DNA of 64,000 nt, taken from assembly GCA_016201795.1 (NCBI GenBank), contig JACQCF010000004.1, positions 74,117 through 138,116 on the forward strand, given 5' to 3'. The stretch comes from Candidatus Omnitrophota bacterium (lineage in GTDB: Bacteria > Omnitrophota > Gorgyraeia > Zapsychrales > Fredricksoniimonadaceae). Both the position numbers and the translations under genes were made by a program. This document shows, one piece after another, positions 57,749 through 64,000 of the stretch. Every line of letters begins with the position of its first letter. Positions within the stretch are counted from its first letter, which is position 1. The notes under the pieces were generated by a model, which worked only from the letters and a program-made list of their open reading frames with translations, was not told the DNA's origin and did not search any database.

Positions 57749-59675
57749 ATTTTTAGGCGCTTGTTTCTGCCGACTGCCTTATTGCTTAAGCCGGGGCATG
57801 GCCCGCAGCATAGGGCTGGTGGGCTATTATCTGTTGGGTAAAAAAAGGGCTGTTGTCGAGGCTAATCTCAGGATAGCTTTATCCACCATCAAATCCCCGC
57901 AGGAAATTCGTCCTCTGGTTAAAAATGTTTTCCAAAATTTTGTCTGTAGCTTTGTGGATTTGCTTTGCGTACCTAAAATTAAAAGCCGAGGATTTGAGAA
58001 GTTCGTTACTTGCCAGGGGTGGGAAAATATCACTCAGGCTTTGTCTTTGGGCAGAGGATGTATCCTTTTAGCGGTTCATTCAGGAAGTTGGGAGTTGGCC
58101 AGTTTAGTCGGAAGCATGTGCGGCCACCCCTATAATGTTGTCGTTAATGATCAACCCAAAGCTTCCAAGCTTAATGAACTCCTTAATGAGTATCGACGTT
58201 TGGCGGGAGCAAAAGTGATTTATCCTGGTTCTGCCATCCGTGAGATTATGCGCGTTTTGAAGGACAATGAAATTGTCACTCTGGTGCTGGACCAGGGAGG
58301 TAAAGACGGTATTCCTGTAGAGTTTTTGGGTAAAACAGCCTCTATGTCAACAGGGGCCATTCGTTTAGGACTTAAATATCAAATACCAGTTTGTCCGGTA
58401 TGGATTGAGCGCCAATCAGAAGGCAGGCATGTGCTTAAATTTTTTTCTGCTTTGACGTTGCAGACGGGCAGTCCTATGGAAGAGGACGTAAGAGTCAATA
58501 CCCAAAAAGCTGTAAGGTTTTTTGAAAATTTTTTGCGTGAACACCCTGCGGAATATATGTGGTTTTACAAGGTCTACAAATACACCACCCAGGCCGATGT
58601 GCTGATTTTAGATGACGGTAAAACAGGACATTTACGTCAGTCCCAGGCCGTGGCAGAGGTGCTTAAGACAGCGTTGAATAGAGCGGGTAAACAAGTACGT
58701 CTTAAGACGGTGACGATTGAGTTTATTCATCCTTTGAATCAGAAAATATTTGTTGTTTATTGCCTCGCAGCTCAAATTCTTACCTTTTTAAGACAAGAAG
58801 AAATTCTGCGGTTTTTTCTCAAGCCGGATTGTTACAAAGCATTGATGGCCACCAGGGCTAATTATATTATTTCTTGCGGTTCTCAAACAGCGGGGATCAA
58901 TTTTATAATGGCACCTTTAGGAGGGGTTAAATCTATTCATATTTTAAAACCAGGGCTTTTGGATTGGAGTTGGTTTTCTTTGATTGTTTTGCCAGAGCAT
59001 GACAAGGCTCACAGCAAAAGCCACCCACGCCTGGTATTCACAAAAGTGGCTTTAAATTTGATTAGCCCTGATTATTTGAAACAACAGCAGGAAAAACTTT
59101 TGCTTCGTTATTCGCATTTGAAAACGAGTGTACGCTCCAAAATGGGTGTTTTATTGGGAGGCAACGCTAAAGGAGTTCTTTACAATGTGAATCAGTTGCG
59201 TTTGTTGATTCGTCAGCTCAAAGAAGCAGCGCAGCATTTTAATATGGACCTTCTGGTGACAACTTCCCGCCGCACACCGCCTCAAGTGGATGAAATGATC
59301 ATCAAAGAACTGCGCCGTTTCGAGCGATGTCCCTTTTTGGTGATCGCCAATGAAAGCAATGTTCCCGAAGCACTCGGCGGTATTTTAGCTTTGTCTGACC
59401 TTTTGATCGTCTCGGGGGAAAGTATTTCCATGGTTTCGGAGGCTATAGCGTCGGGCAAAAAGACTATCGTCTTTGCTCCCAATGGCACCTATGCGCCGCG
59501 GCCCTCCAATAAATATGACCGTTTTGTTTTAGAGTTAAACCAGCAGGGGTACTTGTTGGCCTCGTCGATTAAAGATATTTCTAACTCCATCAGCCAGGTG
59601 ATGCGTCAAAAAATTTCTCCTAAAACCATGGATGATCAGACCAACATTTTACAAGCCATCGAGGCTATTGTGTAA
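57708..59675 (+). CDS. Two-domain protein: N-terminal lipid A biosynthesis (Kdo)2-lipid IVA acyltransferase (LpxL/HtrB family) fused to a C-terminal ELM1/DUF1022-like domain
   Basis: N-terminal half has the Lip_A_acyltrans pattern with HSGSWE (H-x4-E/D catalytic dyad) and …IVTLVLDQGGKDGIPVEFLGKTASMSTGAIRLGL…. The C-terminal ~350 aa (…MGVLLGGNAKGVLYN…DLLVTTSRRTPPQ…IANESNVPE…LIVSGESISMVSEAIASGK…) resembles the ELM1/DUF1022 family often found in LPS loci. Confidence 0.65.
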   Translation: MSSFNESFLCGAVRFLGACFCRLPYCLSRGMARSIGLVGYYLLGKKRAVVEANLRIALSTIKSPQEIRPLVKNVFQNFVCSFVDLLCVPKIKSRGFEKFVTCQGWENITQALSLGRGCILLAVHSGSWELASLVGSMCGHPYNVVVNDQPKASKLNELLNEYRRLAGAKVIYPGSAIREIMRVLKDNEIVTLVLDQGGKDGIPVEFLGKTASMSTGAIRLGLKYQIPVCPVWIERQSEGRHVLKFFSALTLQTGSPMEEDVRVNTQKAVRFFENFLREHPAEYMWFYKVYKYTTQADVLILDDGKTGHLRQSQAVAEVLKTALNRAGKQVRLKTVTIEFIHPLNQKIFVVYCLAAQILTFLRQEEILRFFLKPDCYKALMATRANYIISCGSQTAGINFIMAPLGGVKSIHILKPGLLDWSWFSLIVLPEHDKAHSKSHPRLVFTKVALNLISPDYLKQQQEKLLLRYSHLKTSVRSKMGVLLGGNAKGVLYNVNQLRLLIRQLKEAAQHFNMDLLVTTSRRTPPQVDEMIIKELRRFERCPFLVIANESNVPEALGGILALSDLLIVSGESISMVSEAIASGKKTIVFAPNGTYAPRPSNKYDRFVLELNQQGYLLASSIKDISNSISQVMRQKISPKTMDDQTNILQAIEAIV

Positions 59676-59703
59676 TAGTAATTGTTTAGAAATTTTGATA
59701 CGG

Positions 59704-59800
59704 TTTCCCCTCCCTTGGTGGGAGGGGTTAGGGGAGGGGGATCAACGCAGATCATCGCTTTTATGCCCCCTCCCTTACCCTCCCCACAAGGGGGAGGGAA
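59704..59800 (+). repeat. G-rich inverted-repeat element, 'empty' copy: arm A (59704-59740) and arm B (59766-59800) separated by 25 nt
   Basis: A = TTTCCCCTCCCTTGGTGGGAGGGGTTAGGGGAGGGGG. B = CCCCCTCCCTTACCCTCCCCACAAGGGGGAGGGAA. B is approximately the reverse complement of A. Each arm contains an internal hairpin and four G-runs. Confidence 0.75.
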
Positions 59801-59820
59801 GACAATGAGAAATATTTATC

Positions 59821-61908
59821 ATGAATATCTTGCAAATTCTTCCAGAGCTTAATGTGGGCGGAGTGGAGACCGGCACGCTTGATCTGGCCCGGTATTTAAT
59901 TCATCAGGGGCATAAATCGGTGGTGGTCTCTGCCGGCGGAACTTTGGTGGCTGAACTGGAGAAAAACGGCTCCATTCACTATATCCTACCGGTGAATAAG
60001 AAAAATTTTTTTGTGATGTTTTCGGCGATCCATAAGCTCATGGGTATTATCCGCAGAGAAAAAGTCGATATTGTGCATGCGCGTTCCAGAGTCCCGGCTT
60101 GGGTGGCGTTTTTGGCCTGCCGTCGGACGCAGGCTGTTTTTATGACCAGCTGCCATGGCTATTACAGCCGACATTTCTTCAGTCGCGTGATGGGCTGGGG
60201 TAAATTGGTGATCGCCATCAGTGAAGTGATCGGCCAGTACATGGTGCAGGATTTTGGTGTACCTTCGCGTTATGTGCGTATTATTCCCCGCAGTGTGGAT
60301 ACGTCCAAATTTAATCTTGCGCGTGGGACCAAAGGGCCTGGGGATCCTTTTCTCATCACTATGATCGGCCGTCTGACACCGCTGAAAGGCCATCCGTTTT
60401 TCCTCAAAGCCATGGCGCAGGTTCTAAGGTCCTTGCCCAATGTCAAAATCCAAATCATCGGCGATGCGTCCCCTAAGCGTCCCAGATATAAAGAGGAGTT
60501 GGTGCTGTTAACCAAACGTTTAGGGATCACTCATCATGTGGAGTTTATGGGCAATCGCCGGGACATTCCTCAGTTATTGGCCGCCTCGGACTGTTTGGTT
60601 TTATCCACTATCACTCCAGAGGCCTTTGGCCGGGTGATTTTGGAAGCTCAGGCCGCCGGTGTGCCGGTGGTGGCCACCAAAGTCGGAGGAGTATCAGAAA
60701 TCATTGATCATGAAAAAACCGGTCTTTTAGTATTACCCAATAATATCGAAGCGATGGCACAGGCGGTGTTGCGTATTCTCAAAGACCGCGCTTTCGCGGC
60801 CAGCCTGGTAGTCGAGGCCCAAAAAAAGATCGAACAGCATTATACGTTAAAGCATATGGCTGAGGCGACGCTGCACGTTTATCATGAAGCCGTGAGCTCG
60901 CTTAACATTCTGGTGATTAAATTGACGGCGCTAGGAGACGTGGTTTTAGCAACCGCCTCTTTAAAAGCGCTGCGTCAGAAATTTCCCACGGCCCAGATTC
61001 ATGTGCTCACCTCACCGCAGGCCAGCTTAATCGTGCAGCGTTGTCCTTATGTGAATGGCGTCATTGTTTTTGACCCATCCCATAAAGACCCGCTTTCGAT
61101 TTGGCGGATGAGTCAGATGCTGCGTCAATATCGTCTTGATAAAGTCATTGATTTGCAAAATAATCGGCTCAGCCATCTTTTGAGCTTCTTAAGTCTTGCC
61201 AAACAAACTTACGGTTATCATAACGGTAAATTCGGATTTCTTTTAAGTCATTCGATCAAAAATAACATACTGTCTATGGCGCCGGTGGAGCATCAGTTTC
61301 GTGTGCTTAAACTTTTGGGGATCGACTATAATCCGCCGGTGTCCTTAGAACTTTGGCCCTCCGCTAAAGATTACGAATATGCTCAAAGTCTTTTGGACAG
61401 CGAATGGATGGGCCATTATAAAGATATGGTGGGATTAAATATTTCGGCGTCCCGGCGATGGGCAACGAAGAATTGGCTAACGGAGCACATGGTCAAGTTA
61501 TGTGATCTTTTAGGTGCTCATAATATTCGGGTGATCCTAACCGGACAAGCCAAAGATCAAAATCTGGCCCGTCTGCTGGTGTCGAAATCGAAGTCCAAAC
61601 CCGCCAACTTCACGGGCAAAACCAACATTTTACAATTGGCTGCTTTGATTAGCCGATGCCGGGTGTACATTTCCCCTGATTCGGCCCCGCTGCATGTAGC
61701 CTCGGCCATGCAGGTACCGGTGGTTGCTTTTTTTGGTCCTACGGATCCTGTACGGCATATGCCGCCGGTGACCAAAGCAGCGGTTTTGCGGCGGGACCTT
61801 AAATGTTCGCCGTGTTATGCGGGGGTTTGCAAAATTAAAACACACGCGTGTATGAAAGAAATCACCCCAGAGTACGTTGCTCAAAAAGTGATGGAACTGA
61901 TGCGATGA
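59821..61908 (+). CDS. Bifunctional glycosyltransferase: N-terminal GT4 (RfaG/WaaG-like) fused to a C-terminal GT9 ADP-heptose:LPS heptosyltransferase domain
   Basis: N-terminal MNILQILPELNVGGVETGTLDLARYL…E-x7-E-type GT4 motifs (…FGRVILEAQAAGVPVVATKVGG…). C-terminal LNILVIKLTALGDVVLATASLKAL… and …PDSAPLHVASAMQVPVVAFFGPTDP… are typical of RfaF/RfaC heptosyltransferases. Confidence 0.8.
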   Translation: MNILQILPELNVGGVETGTLDLARYLIHQGHKSVVVSAGGTLVAELEKNGSIHYILPVNKKNFFVMFSAIHKLMGIIRREKVDIVHARSRVPAWVAFLACRRTQAVFMTSCHGYYSRHFFSRVMGWGKLVIAISEVIGQYMVQDFGVPSRYVRIIPRSVDTSKFNLARGTKGPGDPFLITMIGRLTPLKGHPFFLKAMAQVLRSLPNVKIQIIGDASPKRPRYKEELVLLTKRLGITHHVEFMGNRRDIPQLLAASDCLVLSTITPEAFGRVILEAQAAGVPVVATKVGGVSEIIDHEKTGLLVLPNNIEAMAQAVLRILKDRAFAASLVVEAQKKIEQHYTLKHMAEATLHVYHEAVSSLNILVIKLTALGDVVLATASLKALRQKFPTAQIHVLTSPQASLIVQRCPYVNGVIVFDPSHKDPLSIWRMSQMLRQYRLDKVIDLQNNRLSHLLSFLSLAKQTYGYHNGKFGFLLSHSIKNNILSMAPVEHQFRVLKLLGIDYNPPVSLELWPSAKDYEYAQSLLDSEWMGHYKDMVGLNISASRRWATKNWLTEHMVKLCDLLGAHNIRVILTGQAKDQNLARLLVSKSKSKPANFTGKTNILQLAALISRCRVYISPDSAPLHVASAMQVPVVAFFGPTDPVRHMPPVTKAAVLRRDLKCSPCYAGVCKIKTHACMKEITPEYVAQKVMELMR

Positions 61909-63023
61909 ATATTTTATTTTTGACCACTCATCTAAATACGGGGGGCATTACCAGTTATCTTTTGAGCTTGAGCCGCGGTTTGCAAGCGCAAGGTCATCAG
62001 GTGTTTGTGGCCAGCGCCGGCGGGGATTGTGAAAATATTTTCAAAAATGATGGCGGCAGGCATTTCAATTTGGGTTTTCGCACCAAATCCGAAATTGACC
62101 CAAGAATTTATTTGAGTTTGGGGCCTTTAAAAAAATTTGTCTATAAAGAAAATATTAATATTATCCACGCCCAAACCAGAGTCACGCAGGTGATGGGATA
62201 TTTTTTGGCACGCATGAGCCACAAACCTCTGGTGACAACCTGCCACGGCTTTTTTAAACCGCGGTTTTTCCGTCGGATTTTTTCCTGCTGGGGCCAGGCG
62301 GTGATTGCGATTAGTAAACCCGTTAAGGAACATTTAGTGAGAGATTTTGGCCTCGATCCTAAAAAAGTTCATTGGATTGCCAACGGCATTGACTGCTCCA
62401 AGTTTGTTTTGGCCACCGAGGCTTTAAAACAACAGACACGTCAAAGGTGGAATATTCAGGCTAAATTCGTGATTGGCCTCATTGCCCGATTTTCAGATGT
62501 GAAGGGCATTGATGTTTTGATTAAGAGTATGCCTTTAGTCATTCAACAATATCCGGACGTGCTTTTCATGGTTGTCGGCCAGGGGCCCGAACAAGAGAAA
62601 TTGTTTAATCTGGCGGAAGGTTTAAATTTAAAAACTCACGTGCGTTTTGAGAACATTGTCAATCAAACGGCAGATATTTTACCGGCTTTTGATCTATTCG
62701 TGATGCCTTCACGTCAGGAAGGCCTGGGATTGTCGGTGATGGAAGCTCAGTCCTGTGGACTGCCGGTGATCGCCTCTGGCGTTGGCGGTCTGGTGGATTT
62801 GATTGAAGACGGCAAAACAGGATATTTGGTGTCAGCGGGCGACAGCAAGGCTTTGGCTGCTAAAATCAACGAGGTCTTGCGAAATCCTTTGCAGGCTAGA
62901 GAGGTTGGTCTGGCTGCCAGAGAATATATCGCCCGGAATTTTTCTCTGGAAAAAATGGTGTCCGCTACCGAAAAAATTTATGAACGTAATTGTGGTTTCC
63001 CCTCCCCTTGTGGGAGGGGTTAG
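61905..63023 (+). CDS. GT4 family glycosyltransferase (LPS core / RfaG-like)
   Basis: MNILFLTTHLNTGGITSYLLSL…; …LSVMEAQSCGLPVIASGVGG…. ATGA overlap with the preceding gene. The last 10 codons (…CGFPSPCGRG*) are encoded by repeat arm A2. Confidence 0.8.
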   Translation: MNILFLTTHLNTGGITSYLLSLSRGLQAQGHQVFVASAGGDCENIFKNDGGRHFNLGFRTKSEIDPRIYLSLGPLKKFVYKENINIIHAQTRVTQVMGYFLARMSHKPLVTTCHGFFKPRFFRRIFSCWGQAVIAISKPVKEHLVRDFGLDPKKVHWIANGIDCSKFVLATEALKQQTRQRWNIQAKFVIGLIARFSDVKGIDVLIKSMPLVIQQYPDVLFMVVGQGPEQEKLFNLAEGLNLKTHVRFENIVNQTADILPAFDLFVMPSRQEGLGLSVMEAQSCGLPVIASGVGGLVDLIEDGKTGYLVSAGDSKALAAKINEVLRNPLQAREVGLAAREYIARNFSLEKMVSATEKIYERNCGFPSPCGRG

Positions 63024-63398
63024 GGGAGGGGGTAAATTGAAGAAAGCATTAACGCTCAGAGCAAAAGAATTGAGAAATAATTCCACTGAAGCTGAAAAAT
63101 ATCTCTGGTATGTCCTTCGACTTGAAAACCTGGGGGTTAAGTTTCGTAGGCAAACCGTTATTGGTCGATATATTGTAGATTTTGTATGTTTTGAAAGGAA
63201 ATTGGTGGTTGAGCTTGACGGTGGACAACATGCTCAGAGTCAGCATGATCATGTACGGGACCAATGGCTTAAGGGGCAGGGGTTTGAGGTTTTAAGGTTT
63301 TGGAACCATGATGTACTTGGGAATCGGGAGGAAGTTTTACAAAAGATAGTTGATTGTTTGACTCCCCCTCCCTTACCCTCCCCACAGGGGGGAGGGAA
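62996..63398 (+). mobile_element. Second copy of the G-rich inverted-repeat element, here carrying a DUF559 endonuclease-like gene between arm A2 (62996-63032) and arm B2 (63364-63398)
   Basis: A2 = TTTCCCCTCCCCTTGTGGGAGGGGTTAGGGGAGGGGG and B2 = CCCCCTCCCTTACCCTCCCCACAGGGGGGAGGGAA. Each is ~95% identical to A1/B1. The internal segment is ~330 nt here versus 25 nt in the empty copy. Confidence 0.6.
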
Positions 63399-63438
63399 TA
63401 CATGTTATCAAAACCCACAGGGGGATGGAATCCAATGA
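63037..63438 (+). CDS. DUF559 domain protein (Vsr/very-short-patch-repair endonuclease-like fold), cargo of the repeat-flanked element
   Basis: …KKALTLRAKELRNNSTEAEKYLWYVLRLENLGVKFRRQTVIGRYIVDFVCFERKLVVELDGGQHAQSQHDHVRDQWLKGQGFEVLRFWNHDV… matches the DUF559/YcjD pattern (LRk..T.aE..LW..LR…kFrRQ…yivDF…kLvvElDG..H…D..R…L…G..VlRF.N.dv). Probable TTG start at 63037 right after arm A2. The C-terminal tail …TPPPLPSPQGGGN is encoded by arm B2. Confidence 0.65.
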   Translation: MKKALTLRAKELRNNSTEAEKYLWYVLRLENLGVKFRRQTVIGRYIVDFVCFERKLVVELDGGQHAQSQHDHVRDQWLKGQGFEVLRFWNHDVLGNREEVLQKIVDCLTPPPLPSPQGGGNTCYQNPQGDGIQ

Positions 63439-63461
63439 TAAAGAACGCTAAATAAATACCT

Positions 63462-64000
63462 ATGAACAATATTCTGGTTGTTAATGTCAATTGGCTGGGG
63501 GATGCGGTTTTTTCCACGCCTGTTTTTGGTGCGCTCAAAGATAATTTCCCTAAGGCGCGCGTGAGCTGTTTGTGCGTCCCCAGGGTTCAAGAGGTGTTGA
63601 AATTCTGCCCTTTTATTGATGAGCTCATTGTTTACGACGAAAAAGGCTCCCATCAATGGCCCTTAGCCAAATGGTTTTTGAGTAGTGATTTGCGCCGCCG
63701 TTCGTTTGACGCGGCCTTTTTACTACATCGCTCCACGACCCGCGCGCTTTTGGTTTATCTGGCCGGTATTCCTATCAGGGTTGGTTATTCCAAAGCCAAA
63801 AATCTTTTGACGCATCCGGTGGATTTTAATGATGAAGGTATTCATCGCTCTGACCTTTATTTAGAAGCGCTGGAATCTTACGGTTTAAAAATCAACAATA
63901 GGACCTGCCGGTTGAATTTGAATCTCGAGGATGCCAAAAGGTTAGATCAACTTTTGCAGGGCAAAGGCATAGACCCTCAGGAAAAATTTATGGTGCTTCA
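63462..64000 (+). CDS. ADP-heptose:LPS heptosyltransferase (GT9, RfaF/RfaC/RfaQ family), 3'-truncated by the window end
   Basis: MNNILVVNVNWLGDAVFSTPVFGALKDNFPKARVSCLCVP… is the hallmark GT9 N-terminus. It runs to the end of the window without a stop. Confidence 0.75.
   Translation, partial: MNNILVVNVNWLGDAVFSTPVFGALKDNFPKARVSCLCVPRVQEVLKFCPFIDELIVYDEKGSHQWPLAKWFLSSDLRRRSFDAAFLLHRSTTRALLVYLAGIPIRVGYSKAKNLLTHPVDFNDEGIHRSDLYLEALESYGLKINNRTCRLNLNLEDAKRLDQLLQGKGIDPQEKFMVL

Noticed and set aside
62803-63036. Upstream part of the track ORF 62803..63438 (MKTAKQDIWCQRATARL…)
   Set aside because: This portion is the +1 frame of the 3' end of the GT4 gene and of repeat arm A2. The DUF559 homology begins only after the repeat (TTG at 63037). 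It is a read-through reading frame, not a longer protein.
59704-63398. Possibility that the G-rich A/B repeats are a CRISPR array
   Set aside because: There are only two copies of each arm, the copies are not evenly spaced, the arms are imperfect inverted rather than direct repeats, and no cas genes are present. This is not CRISPR.

Overview
This is a densely packed bacterial chromosomal window of roughly 60 genes, and every one of them is on the + strand. Many adjacent genes overlap by 1, 4 or 8 nt (ATGA or TAATG type junctions), which points to long translationally coupled operons. The gene content suggests a diderm (Gram-negative type) bacterium, probably from an uncultivated or candidate lineage, with a compact proteome: short Mfd, 152-aa EF-Ts, 656-aa TopA.

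Recognisable genes, in order:
- Start to ~15 kb: secDF, a truncated mfd, a SurA-like PPIase, pdxA, rsmA/ksgA, a YbgC-type thioesterase, gatCAB, a PDZ carboxy-terminal protease, a YibQ-type divergent polysaccharide deacetylase, tsaD.
- 14-15 kb accessory stretch: a bactofilin-HTH fusion gene plus a membrane-anchored HTH gene, then tRNA(CAT).
- 15-24 kb: an ArnT/PMT-like glycosyltransferase, an SNase-like nuclease, tilS, ftsH, folP, a small MazG-like protein, uvrB, coaX.
- 24-36 kb: CIRCE-controlled groES-groEL, a CBS-less IMPDH-family gene, guaA (with a polybasic N-terminal extension), dnaE, rpsB-tsf-pyrH-frr, then tRNA-Lys, tRNA-Leu and tRNA-Gly.
- 36-52 kb: ptsN, a yvcK-like gene, ptsH, ptsI, a sugar nucleotidyltransferase, metK, ahcY, pfkA, a class II fba, ilvC, leuA/cimA, aroE, a prepilin peptidase, a small secreted protein, a PspC-domain protein, aroK, dprA.
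- 52-64 kb: topA, xerC/D, then an LPS inner-core / lipid A cluster: waaA, lpxK, an LpxL-like acyltransferase fused to an ELM1/DUF1022-like domain, a GT4-GT9 fusion, a GT4 glycosyltransferase, and a heptosyltransferase (truncated at the window end).

The most interesting things I see:
1. A gene encoding a bactofilin domain fused to an excisionase-type HTH, translationally coupled to a small HTH protein with a C-terminal membrane anchor. It sits behind a near-consensus promoter and a highly structured leader.
2. A G-rich, G-quadruplex-capable inverted-repeat element present twice in the LPS locus: once 'empty' (59704-59800) and once carrying a DUF559/Vsr-like endonuclease gene between the repeat arms (62996-63398). 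This looks like a miniature mobile element or homing-type cassette.
3. Two families of perfect GC-rich palindromes recurring in intergenic leaders.
4. A ~85-aa periodic polybasic N-terminal extension on GMP synthase.
5. A 71-nt hairpin burying the gatB start.
6. An unannotated 30-41 aa hydrophobic peptide ORF next to tRNA(CAT).

No rRNA, CRISPR array or classical IS/transposase is present.
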